A stretch of DNA of 64,000 nt from the human T2T-CHM13v2.0 reference genome, Homo sapiens, in the NCBI RefSeq assembly GCF_009914755.1, contig NC_060934.1. One strand, given 5' to 3'. Shown here piece by piece: positions 12,851 to 27,400 of this stretch. Each line of letters starts with the position of its first letter. The stretch's first letter is position 1. The notes beneath the pieces were generated by a model. That model did not search any database, had not been told where the DNA came from, and worked only from the letters and a program-made list of their open reading frames with translations. A program made the position numbers and the translations under genes.

Positions 12851-15800
12851 CCAAGATCAGCCAGGTTTGGGATCCACTGCCTTATTACAACCTTTTGCCC
12901 TTCCTGAGTCTTAGCTGCCTAATCTGTAAAACAAGAGTATTAGCCTCCGTGGCAGCTAAGGCCCCATACAGCTTTGGCAATCTATAATTTTCTGGCCCTG
13001 AGGACCCATAGGGAGCCCAAGGGCTTCAGCCTCAACCATCACCCCAAACTGGACTATAATTTTGTAAATAAGGCAATATCACAAGTCCTGATAAAGGCAA
13101 AATATATCAGGCCCATTGAAGAGGTCTCCCTCCTGCCAAGAAAGAGTGGGGTTGTGCTTTTTCCTAGGAAGAGGCTGGATGATCCTTATAGGAATTGTTC
13201 CCCATGAAGTCTGTTTGATTGAATCCTGTTGACTTGCTCATGCCAAGGTATTTGCAAATGGATGGAACAAATGAATATTCTGATACATACATGAGCTGTG
13301 CTTAGAAGGAAGACTTAACTAAATCTGCAACTACTGGAGCCTCTTTTTAGCTTTTTATCTTTATAAATAAAGATAATTTATCCTTTTTCAATCTTCAGGC
13401 AAGTCCCTCAGACTTCATTAATTCTTTCAAATGGATATTCTGCTTAAAGTGACATAGAACATAATGGGAAGGAGACAGTTAATAAGAGGGAAAGAAATGG
13501 TTTTTCTACCTAATTAGAGAATAGAACCTTAAAGTAACTTGTATTCTTTGATCTAAGGCAGTTAGGACTGCATATTGCTTTTGAATGAATGCTGCTAAAT
13601 TTCAGTAAGTAAATACCATTATTATCAACATTTGGCTTTGAATACCCTAATGGCACTCCTGTAGGCTTACTTTAATTTCAATGATGTATTTTAATTTTGG
13701 CTATAGAATAGAAACTACAGTTTATATAATTTTTAGAAAATCAAGAACAAGTTGGCTTAATTGGGGCTTGGTTATTTAAAACACACACACACAAATCAAT
13801 AAATAGTGTGAAGAGAAAATAGTAATGCAAAGAAAGAAGTCACTTTCTTTATTGTCATAGTCCAAAAGTATCCGACCTATCAGGTGTAAATTGTAACTGA
13901 CAGACACAAAAAGGCCATTTGTTAGAATTGTTGGGCCAATGCTGGCAAAATAAATGAGTAAGCATTTTTGAGACCTACTGAGTGCCAGGCCCTGGGTCAG
14001 AGGTTGTAGGAAATGAAAGATGAATGTGAGTCCATGTCTCTTGGAACCCATAGTCCAGAAAGAGGTAAGCTGGGTGCACCCATAAGTAGATTGCACAGAG
14101 GACGTGGTAAGTGTGATCAGACATGTTCAAAATGTTGTTACAGGTCCCAAAGAGGGGGACAACAGCTGCAAGTGTAGTAGTTGGGATCAAATAAGGTAAA
14201 GTACATGAAGGCCACTCATTTTTCAGACGTGAGTGTTTTCATGTCCTTCATAGCTCAGTAAACCTCTGTACACTATACCTAATACAATGGGATGGCTGTG
14301 GGAGATTATCAGTATGCACTAATCAATCAATCAATTGACTTGATTGATACTTAGTAAAAGATAAAGGGAACATATTACAAACACAGTCCTTAGCAACCGA
14401 TAGGTAGAGTTAATGGATTCTGGGGTTTTACCTGAAGATTGATCAAAAGTTTGGCTACTATAGTTGTAGACCCATAAACATAAGTTCTGTAGGTATCTAT
14501 CATTTTTAGTTTTCTGAGCTAAGATTATTGAAGCCAATCAAGGGAGGAAAACCCATGCATTTGTACAGCCTAATCAGAAATGAAGGAGGCTGAATTTAGC
14601 AGCAACTAAACTTTCTTTTTCCATCCAAATATTCTGAGAATCATGTCCCAGACATCTCACCAACAAGTGGTTGTGTGGCTCTGTCAGGGGAAGAAGCAGG
14701 CCCTGAATTGTGCTGGTGTGGTTTTACCTAATAGGTGGATAGAAAATAGAAGTTCAGCTTTGAAAAGTTCATAGGGCTGTCTGCTATGATGTGCAGGCCC
14801 CTAAAGACAGCATTTCCCCAGCCACCCTAAACCCTGATCACTGAACCCTCTACAGCTAATCTCACCACTGAACGGCCAGCTTTGCTCTGCATACACTGTG
14901 AGATCCCAGGCCCCACCAGGAACAAGCCATGGAGGAACAGCCAACCTGCTCATTTCAGTTTGTTGCCTCAGCCTGCATCTCCACAGGACTCCTGGATGAA
15001 ATAGGAACTGCGAACACACTTGAGCTGCAGCCGCTGAATTTGGGGCATCTGGAGGAAGCCCATTTCAGGGCAAGACAGCCTCTTGCATTAGGCCAAGAGA
15101 CCAGAGAAATCAGGAACTTGGGAGGCACGGGGACTTAGCATTCTACCCCACCCACTGCCTTTTATGCAGACTCTGACTCAATTAGAAGCCCAGGGAGGTA
15201 TAGCAACAAAAATCTGAGGATAGGTAGATGTTAGGAAAGAAAGAAAACCTGTCTCTGGTCCTGGCTTTCAAATTCCCATTTGGAGTAAATTTTCAGAATG
15301 GAAATTGATTATTTAACTTCAATGAATTTTTTAAAAAAAGAATGGACTTTTTTTGGTTCTGTCTCAGTGATTTTAATTAATTTTCAGAGGTCTACAGCAA
15401 TAACTGTTACCTAGAATGCTTTTATGGATAAAATGTGATGAGCTAGATAAAATTAAATGTTAATTGGCATAATTACCCAGTTAATATTTAAAGATTTGTT
15501 ATCTGCATTCCTCTGCTTTTGCCTTATTGTGCTTTGCAGCTCAATATGAATTTTTTTTAGAAAAAGAATTTTCTCTTCATCTCCCACTGAGTTATTTTTC
15601 ACTTTGGGTTTGCTGGTTATTAGTCAGAGACGATAATAATAATTTTTTCTTAAAGAGCAGGCTTGCAGCTGAGAATTTCCAAGCTGCAGTGAGTCACCTC
15701 TGGAGTAGTCAAGTCATTTATCTCCAAACCTCAGAGTCCAACGTTGTGCCAGGAAAGGGATTCAGGACTCCCCATCCTTGAAACCAAGCATCAATACCAT

Positions 15801-16464
15801 GATTCCCTACCTCATGGCATAGCTGTCTGTAGCTAGTCAGTGTAAGCCGCAGTAGTCCCACAAGCAAGCCTCCAAGACAGTCTCTAATTTTCATGTCTCT
15901 CAAACCAGTAGCTTTCATGTTCACCCTGCCTCAGCATCGCTGCAGACACAAGGTCCCAAACCTATGTCACATTGTCAAACAGTGACAGAGACTCATTAAT
16001 TGCACAGGACTACCTGTCCAGGTTCCTCTGCAGGAAGGGCCCAGTGTAAGGACCTGGACTATAAGGAGATCCAGCTTGTAGTCCTGTCAATGTTCTACCA
16101 ATAATTTCAAATCATGGAATGTCAGCGTGGCTCAGTGTTAGGTCTCTCAAACTTCAGTCATTTTTATTTTATTTTGCACTAAAATTTACTTTGTATTTTT
16201 CTTTAAATTATTTATTTTCATAAGTAAATATATTTTAAAAGAAAACTTTATATTATTACCACAAAAGAGAAACCTGTATCATTTGGCATAAATAAAAAGG
16301 AATCATGAGAATGAATAATACATTAGGGTTTCCAGCCAATACAGGAAAATGGCTGTGAAAGTTCAGCTCCTGGAGGTAAAAAGGATTAAATGCGGAGAAA
16401 AGAAACTGGCTCACTGATTAAGACCATAGACTGAGGCAAGCTGTTCACTACCACTTCATATAAA

Positions 16465-16798
16465 TGTGTGTGTGTGTATTATATATATGTGTGTGTATAT
16501 ATATTTGTGTATATATGTGTGTTTATATGTATGTGTATATATATGCATATATATGTAGGTGTATATATGTGTATATATGTGTGTATATATACATACATAT
16601 GTATATGTGTGTATTTATATGTATATGTATATACACATACATATATGTATATGTGTATATGTGTACACATGTATATTCATATGTATGTATGTATGATGTA
16701 TGTATGTACATATATGTGTATTATAAACATCCATATGTATGTTTTTATATATACATGTGTATATGTGTGTATGTATGTGTGTGTGTGTGTGTGTGTGT
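16465..16798. repeat. Compound (TA)/(TG)/(TATG) low-complexity repeat ending in (TG)n
   Basis: ~330 bp of nearly continuous purine-pyrimidine alternation. Confidence 0.95.
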
Positions 16799-17330
16799 AA
16801 AAACAGCTGCTGACCCACTGTCTAAGTTTATGGCTTAAAGGAATGTGTAAAGATAGAATCAGCTTCAAGGCTAGGACCTTAGCCAACCACCAGTTAACTT
16901 GTTGCTCTGATTTGTGAATGACATAAAAATAGAAAAAGAGAAAATAGCTGATTAGAATCTTGGAAATAAAAAATATGCTAGTGGAAATAAAACAATTGAA
17001 AATAATAAAAATCTGGATTAGAGAGAGAGAGTCAGAGAGAGTATTATTAAATGGGAATATGGCATTAAGGAATTTACCAGAATGTAGCACAGACAGAAAA
17101 GATGAAGAGGAGATGGAAATGAAGGAGGAGACAAAACAAAAGCAAAAAGGAAGTTCACTTAAGAGACATGTGGATAGATTGAGAGTTTTCTCCAACTCTT
17201 TAAATAAGAGTTCCAGAAGCAAAAAAAAAAAATGGAGAGAATAATAGAGAAACATTATATGAAGAGTAATACTTGCAAATTTTATCAAGACAACCTGAGA
17301 TCAAAGTTGATCAAAGGGTACACAGTTTCA

Positions 17331-17665
<335 letters not shown>

Positions 17666-19429
17666 TTAATTAGCATGAATTAATCATTCCACATTGTTTG
17701 GCTATATTGAAACATCAGATTGTACCCCATAATGTGTACAATCATAAGTTGTCAACCAAAAACAATATTAATAATAAAAAGTGTATTGCGGAGCATACCT
17801 AGCATGCAGGTCTTGGTTTCTAATACCATTCTCCAATAAAAGGAACCAGGGCTCCTTTAAGAAAAGGCTGATTCTTAGACTGGGGCAGGAAATATACAAG
17901 ATGAGCCAAAAGGAAAATAATACAATGATGGGGGTGAGCCAAATGATACAGGAACCAACTGAAAGCTACAAGAATTTGAACAAGAAAATAAATATAATTA
18001 TATTGGGTTATAAGCCAAAGTAGGAAAATGTCCCTTAGTACATATTGATATAAATAAATGATTGAATAAATAAACAAATGGGGAGAATAGATATACTTAA
18101 TATGCAGAAGAATTTCAAATAATTTATGTAGATACATTGCCCTTAAGAAGGTGGAGCATAATTCCTATTTAAGTGTGAGCTGCACATAGTGATTTTCTTC
18201 CAAACAGCACAGTATGGAAAGGGAGGGAAAAATGAGTAACTTTACACTGGAAAAACCTGATAAGCATTACCTCAAGTCAGGTGATCATGGCTAATATCGA
18301 TAGTGATGTCATTTTCATAGTATGTACCCTTGATACGATGTGATGAGAATGGCACTTTACCCGTGTGATCTTCCTCCATAAAACACATTACCTTGATCTA
18401 ACAATCAAGAAAACAACAGACAAATCCCTATTAATGTTCATTCTACAAAACACCTGACTAGTAATCTTCACAACTGTCAAGGTCATCAAAAATGAGAAAG
18501 CCTCAGAAACTGTCACAACCAATAAGAATCTAAAAAGATAGGATGACTAAATGTAATATGGTATCCCAGATAGGATCCCAGAACTGAGAAAAAAGACATT
18601 AGGGAGAAATTGAGAAAACATGAATAAAATATAGATTTTAGTTAATAATAATGTATCAACATTGGTTCACTAATGGGGACAAATGTACCATGCTAATGTA
18701 ACATGTTAATAATAGAGAAAACTGGATGTGGGATATACAGGAATTCTGTACTATTTTCTCAATGATTGTGTAAATCTAAAACTGGTCCAGAATTAAAAGT
18801 CTAATTATTTTAAAAGTGCATAAGAAGTGACCAAGTAGGATTAAAAAAGGCTCACTGTAATAAAACTGTAGAACATCAAAAATATCCTAAAAGCTATGAA
18901 AGTAAAAAGAACACCTACACCTATGACTTACAGTTAAATTTATTTTGATCAGCAGTAATAAAAGCTGGGCAACTATGAAGGTAAATCTCAAATGTGCTGA
19001 TGAAAAATAAAATAAATGTCGACTTAAAATTTTATACCTACGTAAACTATTACTAGGGAAAGAAGACAAAATCAAGCCATTTTCAACATACTATTTATAT
19101 ACTATTTACATATCTTATGTAAAAAAACAATTCAAGACAGACAATTTTGAAGAATAATTTAGCTGCAGGACTAACACAGATATCAAGATTAATATAAATC
19201 TGCATATGTAAACAGTGGTATTGGTCCAAGCATAGGTAAACAGACCAATGGAACAGACTAGGATCTAAAAACAGACGCACCTATCTATGGTCATCTGAAT
19301 TATGACAAATGTCCCACAGCAATATGAAGGAAAATAATGGACTTCAATCAGTAGTGGTAGATAATTAGCTAGCCATGTGTTACAATGGAATCTTGACCTT
19401 ACCTCACACTATAAACAAAATTCAATTCA

Positions 19430-19751
<322 letters not shown>

Positions 19752-19997
19752 CTAAATGTGAAAGGCAAAACAATAAAAATAAACAACTATTTTTATGATC
19801 TTGAGGTGGACACAAAATTCTTATAAACACGAAGGAAAATATTGTTCTTTAAATTATATTAAAATGAAAAACATATGTTTATTGAAAGATGCATTAAGAG
19901 AATGAAAAGTCATACCACATAGTGGGAGAAGATATTTGTCACACATATATCCAATAAAAGTCTTGTACCCAAAACACATTTTTAAAAAACTTCTGCA

Positions 19998-20334
<337 letters not shown>

Positions 20335-21870
20335 CTACAAATCAGTTTTTAAAAGACATGCAACCTGATTTTCAAATGGGCAAATAGTTGGGCAGGTATT
20401 CCATAAAAGAATGATGTTTATGCCCATAAACATTAAAAATATTTTTTAATATCAAAGTCATCAGGGAAATGCTAGTTAAAACTGCAGAGGGATACCACTA
20501 CACATCTGCTAGAAGAGCTACCAATTTAAAAATGAAAAATATCAAGTATTGGTGAAGATACAGAGCAACTGGAACTCTTATGTAGTCCTGGGAGGAGGTT
20601 ATATTGGTAACTGGTTAAATTGGAAAACTGGCAGTATCTTCTGCCACTGAAGATTTACCTAACTCAAAACTGGGCAGTCAAACTCCTAGATATTAAACCA
20701 ACAGAAATAAATACACACCCCCCCGACACACACACAGATCTGTACTAAAATGAACATAGCAACATTCCTTATAAGAGCCAAAAAACAGGAAACAACCCAA
20801 ATATCCATCAGAAAAAGAATAGATTAAAAAATTACATTTTATGCAGACGATAGACTACTACCCAGCAATTTAAAAAAAACTACTTGCAATGATGTGGATA
20901 AATCTTACAGACATAATGCTGAATAAAAGAAGACGGACCTATATGCATGCATGACCCCATTTATACAAATTTCAAAAACAGCCCAAATTCATCTATGGTG
21001 AATCTCAGCTCTGTCATTTTTTAGTAAGTTGCTCTCTGTGCCTCTGTTTCCTCATCTGTAAAATAAAGGCGATAATGGTGCCTACTTCTTAGGATTGTAT
21101 GTAGAAAGATTATGCAACATGAGGTAACTAACAAACACGGTGCTTGGCCCATGGCATTATGTAGCTATTATTATTATTATTGCTGTTATTGGTATTGTCA
21201 CGTTTAACCCTGAGGAAAAGAAAAGAAAAAACATGTATTGAATTCTCACTTGTCACTCTCTGTGTTACCTCTCAATTCTCACAGAAACTTCATGAGATGG
21301 GCATTATCATTCTCATTTTGCAGCTGAGAACAGCAAGGCTCAGATACATCATGGGCTGAATCCAGACATGAACCCAGGTCTGTCTCTACCATACTCTATG
21401 GGAATAGAGTATAAGTGTACATGGAGGGGGAGAGGGAGAGGTGATCACTTTGGACTGAAGAGGCTTCTAAGATAACTCAAAGGAAGATGCTTATCCCTGA
21501 GTCTCATACCCACCTAGACCTCAGGTAATTCCAAGTGAACATTATATGGAATTGCTGCAGAAGACATAAGATAATAAATAGTAATGGGGGGTTTTATTTA
21601 GGAATTAACATTTAGCTACTCTTCAAATTATAAACTGTGGAGATCTAAAAACATTTTTTAAGATATTAAATTCATTTGAATGCATTTAAATATTGAAGGG
21701 TTATGATTAATGAAAGTTCTAATAATTATTAATGTCCAGGTTTTTCCAACATCAAACCATCATTTAGGTTAGCGATTCCTATCTAGACTATAATAAACAT
21801 TCATCCTGAAAACATCTGTTTTTATTCCACAAACCTAATATGTATTTGCCTAAAAAATTAACAAATAAAG

Positions 21871-22233
<363 letters not shown>

Positions 22234-23669
22234 TCATTATAAGCAACCTACATACATCATTAGCTCATTTACTATCTCAACAATCTTATGAATTGTTATT
22301 ATTGTTCCTATCTTGCCAATAGGAAACTGAGGTACAGAGATATTAGGTGTCAAAAGTTACATAGCTTGTAAGAGAAGATTCAGTGTGTGACCCCAGGCAG
22401 TCCAGTACCAGAACCTGCACTCCTGACTACCCTATGACAAGAATGCTTATCCAAAAGTGATTTAAAATAGAGGAAATCTAAAAACAACTTAAAGGTCCAT
22501 AAATTAGGGTAAATTTCCAATATGGAATAGTTACATAACCACTAAAAACATGTTTTTCAGAAAAATTCAATGATATAGGAAATGTTTATGAAAATAAAAA
22601 ACAGAAAGGTGAATATAATAATAAATGACATGGACTGAGTGATTACTATGTTTCAGGCTCTATTCTACATGATTTATAATGGACTATCTCAATTAATTAT
22701 CACACTAACTTTGAGACAGGTACCATTTTCATCCCCATTTTACAAATGAGAAAAACTTCCAGGAGTTAAATAATTTTCTCAAAATACAGACCCTGGGATT
22801 CAAATGCAAATTGTCTGAAACTGGAAACAATGTTCTTAAATAGTACTCTACACAACTTCTCCTTTATTCTCCTATAAAATTGAATGTAAATTACAAGCAC
22901 CCATTAATTAATTCATTCAACAAATATTTATTGAACATTTCATATATCTCAGGTATACCTTAGCAATGGGACTACTGCAGTGAACAGGCAGATAAAGCTC
23001 CTCCATTATATTCTAGTGGGAAATTAAAACATCAAACCACTCATTATAATAAAGTTTAATGAGCACTATGACAAGGGCAACTAGTAGTCTAATTAATTCC
23101 TGGTATGACGAGTCCCTTCTAAATCCTATTATTTTTATATATTAGTCTGGGCAGGACACAGTTCAGATGATCAGTGAGCACTCCACACATCCACTGCATG
23201 AGAGAATCAATCTCTATTTGTTTCTTACTCAATGATTGCCGTAACCTGCCACCCAGGCCACAGACTGGACCAAGACTGGCCAAAAGTAGCTATCCTTATG
23301 CAATGATTGTCATGCCCTGGTATTCTGAGTGAGAATAAGAGGGAAAGAGAGGAGGGGGCTGAGGATTCAAGTAGGCACGTTCCAGATAAAAAGACTTGAA
23401 GGAAATCTACCATAATGCTATCTCCAGAAAACTTGATGGCTTATCTCCAGATAGACGGAGTTGAGTGATGTTATTTTCTCTGTGTACTTTTGTATTTTCC
23501 ATATTTTCTACAGTGGATAATGCTTCATATGTATAGTTTTCAAAACTCTAGACCATTTGCACACTGATAGTAAATTGTAGAAAACATAAAATAATCAGTT
23601 AAAGAGATTTAGGACTTTTCTGACTATAGGAGCCAAAACGCTATATCAATTTTGTTTATTTGTTTGTTT

Positions 23670-25010
23670 TTTAATTGTGTAAAATACACATAACATAAAA
23701 TGTACCACATTGCCAATTTTTAAGTGTATAGTTCTGTGGCAATAAGTATATTCACATTCTTGTGCAACCATCATCACCATCCATCTCCAGAACTCTTTTA
23801 ATCTTGCAAAACTGAAACTCTATGATGATTGAAAAATACCTCCTCATTCCCCTCCCCACAGCCCCTGGCAACCACCATGCTACTTTCCATCTCTATGAAT
23901 TTGAGCACTCTATGTTCCTCATGTAAGTGGCATGATACTTTCCTTTTGTGACTGGCTTATTTCACTTCCCATAATGTCCTAAAGGTTCATTCGTTGTCTC
24001 AGTCCATTCAGGCTGCTGAAACAGAATACCTCGAACTGGGTGGGTTATAAACAAAAGAAATTTATTTTCCACAGTTTTGGAGGCAAGAAGTTCAGGATCA
24101 GAGTGGCAACAGATTTGATGTCTGGTGAGGGACCATTTCCTGGTTCATAGAAGGCCATCTTTGAGCTATGTCCTCACATAGGAAAAGGTGCAAGAGAACT
24201 TTCTGGGGTCTCTTTTATAAGAACACTAATCCCATTCATAAGGGCTTGACCCTCATGACCTAATCACTTCTCAGAAGCCCCAACTCCTAATACCATCACA
24301 TGGGAAGTTAGGATTTCAACATATGAATTTCAGAGGACACAAACATTTAGTCCCTAACATCAATGTTACACGTGTCAAAATTTCCTTTTTTTAAAGACTG
24401 AATAATATTCCACTGAATTTATATATAACATTTTGTTTATCTATTCATCTGTTGATGGACACTTGGATTGCTCCCACCTTTTGGCTATTATGAATAATGT
24501 TGCTGTGAACATGGGTGTGCAAATATGTCTTAGAGTCTCTACTTTCAATTATTTTGGGTATACGCCCCAAAGTGGAATTTTTGGATCATATGGTAATTCC
24601 ACATTTAATTTTTTGAGGAACTGCCATACTGTTTTCCATAGAAACTGTATCATTTTACATTCCCACCAACAGTGCACAGTGTTCCAATTTCTCCATAGGC
24701 TCATCAACACTTGTTATTTTCGAATTTTTGATAATAGTCATCCTAATGAGTATGAGGTAGTATCTCCTTGTGGTCTTGATTTGCATTTCCCTAATGATTA
24801 GTGATGTTGAGCATCTTTTGGTGCGCTTATTGGCCATTTGTATATCTTCTTTGGAGGAACGTCTATTCAAGTCCTTTGCCCATTTGTTTGTTTTACTGCT
24901 GTTGAATTGTAGGAGTTCTTTACATATTCTGATATTAACCCTGTATCAGATATATTATTTGCAAATATTTTCTCCCATTCCATGGATTCTGTTTTTACTC
25001 CACTAATTGT
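23670..25010 (-). mobile_element. L1 (L1MB-like) 3' end with ORF2 C-terminal remnant, interrupted by a MaLR LTR
   Basis: Track ORF 24655-24870 ([34 protein letters not shown]) matches the L1 ORF2p C-terminus; antisense 3'UTR motifs. Confidence 0.9.
23995..24359 (-). mobile_element. MaLR solo LTR (MLT1A/MST type)
   Basis: TGTCTCAGTCCATTCAGGCTGCT...GGACACAAACATTTAGTCCCTAACA, with TG...CA ends. Confidence 0.85.
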
Positions 25011-25399
25011 GTTATACCCATTTTAAATTAGATATTTCCATTAGGGTGAGGACATGAAGAAAACTATGAGTCTTTTTTCCAGGCCAGCAATTTCTGCTGG
25101 GCCCAGTAAAGCAAGGATAGTCCCAAGTCTGTGGCCAGCCATTCAGAGGTATAGACCTGATGTTGTGACTTTTAAAATGAGGAAATATAGCAGAAGTAAT
25201 GAAATCTCAGACCAGTCTTTGACATGTCTCTCCCCTGACTCCACATCCAGACAACTTGCCATGCCCTCCCAATTCTTTCTTCTCCAGTATGATCACATCC
25301 ACTCCTCCTTCCCATCGTTCTTCTGCCACCCTTATTCAGACTTCTATGATTCTACTCTAACAGATTTTTTAAGTGCTTGCGGTTGTTCAGAATGCCATT

Positions 25400-25620
25400 G
25401 TGAAAAATAAAGGCTGCAAATGAAATGTCCTAGGTCCAGATAAAACTGAGAAATGATGGATTAATAAAAACGAAACACATTTTTATTGCAGGACTTCTCA
25501 GAGCCTATACTATGCTAAAGAGGATTACATATCTCAAAGTAGAGATGTGTAAAGGTTTTCTAAGGTTATTTAGCTGCTGAACACATTTAGCAAGGTGGGT
25601 GCGAGAACCACTGTTAACTT
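25400..25620. mobile_element. MER103-like hAT-Charlie fragment
   Basis: tttattgcaggacttctcagagcctatactatgcta motif; a related copy in opposite orientation lies at ~44620-44810. Confidence 0.55.
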
Positions 25621-26844
25621 TTAATAGGACATGGAAAATGCTAAAATATGGCAATAATCTCTCTGCCTCCAGTGTCATAGTCCCCCAAACTTCTGGTCTC
25701 CCAGCTGAATTAATCTGCCTAAGATGCCACCCTGAGATATCTCTTATTGGCTACCAAGGGAAGTATATCAAAGGCTAATTGAGAAGTAGGTCTAACTTAT
25801 CCTTTGAGAATGCTTGCTGACTACTCCCCCACACAAACTCTACACTTCCAGCAAACTGGACTGAGTGTCCTATCCAGAAAAGGTACAGCCTTTTTCATCT
25901 TCCTACAGGCAGAAGGAATCACTCCCTCATCCAGATTCCCTAACACCTTCCATTGCAAAATACCATCATTATCTGTATGTTGCATTGATCCTCATATTGG
26001 GGTTTTTTTTTTTGAAGGAAGGAGACTGTCCCTTTCTCATCTTTGAATTCTTTGTATTTCCTCTGTCTACCAAAAATAAACCTTAAAAAAATTACACAAG
26101 TAATAAATAAATACATGCTTGTAAAAATCCAAACACCACCAAAATACATAGAGGAAAAACAATCTATTCTCTACTCTTACCCTGTTCTAACAGGAAATTT
26201 CCATCAATAATTAACTGTGTATCTTTCAAACCCTTATTTACATTTAAGTGTATGTGTGTGTAAAATATACTTTTGATTATAATTTTATTTGTTAAGACAC
26301 AAATGAAATTATGAATATATCTACTCTGCTATGACCTGCATTTTTCACTTTACCATATGTCTTGAAGATCTTTCTGTGTCATTACATATAGATCAAATGC
26401 AGTTCTAGTGGCTTCATGACATTCCATTTATGGAGGTACTATTCTATATTTAACTATTCTCCTTGACAATTTAGTTTGCTTCTTAATTTCACAATTAAAA
26501 ATTAATGCTGCAATTAACATTCTTGTACATATATATTTATGTTCATTATATGAGTGATTGGATCTGTAAAATAAGGATATAATACTGGGCAAATGCTAAA
26601 AATGTAAAATTTTGATGTTAACAAATTTTCCACTAAAAAGCCAATAATAACAATAAGTGTGTGTTTAATGAATATGTTTCAAATTATAATGATCTAAAGT
26701 GCTTATCTCTCTGGTCCAGTGCCCAGCACAGAACCACATACAAACAGACAGTCAATACATATTCCTGTTTAGCAACAGTAGTAATCATTTTTACAAATTC
26801 CTATCAGTTGAATACAAGATGGGTAATAATTTCTGTGAAAGTAA

Positions 26845-27400
26845 TCTATGGGTCTTAGCTGGCCACAAGCTTAACATAAGGCAAGATAAAGTAGTACCTT
26901 AAAAACAAACAAAAAAACCCAAATATTTGGTTGCATAAATAGAAGCATAAGTTTTAGATCACGGGACCTAATAGTCAGTTCAATTCAACAAACAAATTGT
27001 ATCCCACAGGCTCATACAAGTCAGACTACATATTTTTCAATGAGGGACACTGGTTACAAGGAGGTCACTGACAACCTGGGGTTTACTCAAGATGATAAAA
27101 GCTCTAATGCCATGTTACATGAGGCAGAATAGGAAAACTGGGATATTTAACCTAGAGAGGAGAAAACCTAGGCAGCCCATGATAGCCATCTTGAAACAAC
27201 ACAAAAGGCTGACGTGGAGAAAGAGGAAGCAGATATATTCTCTAAACCAGCACTAAAGGTGGACTTGTCAGGCAGAGAGATTTCAACCAGTATGAGCTGA
27301 CCACTTGCTAACCACTTAGGTCATTCAACAATGAAATGAGCTGTCTCATGAGGTAATGGGGTTCCCACCCCTGAAGAGGTTACAGAAGAGGGGTGTGGAC
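26845..27400 (+). mobile_element. L3/CR1 LINE 3' fragment
   Basis: gggtcttagctggccacaagcttaacat...ggaaaactgggatatttaacctagagaggagaa...gaggtaatggggttccc. Confidence 0.65.

Noticed and set aside
16464-17288. ORFs up to 203 aa
   Set aside because: Produced by the TA/TG repeat and by A-rich L1 relic sequence read antisense
26424-26433. CArG box CCATTTATGG
   Set aside because: An isolated match inside apparent old L1 sequence, expected by chance in 64 kb
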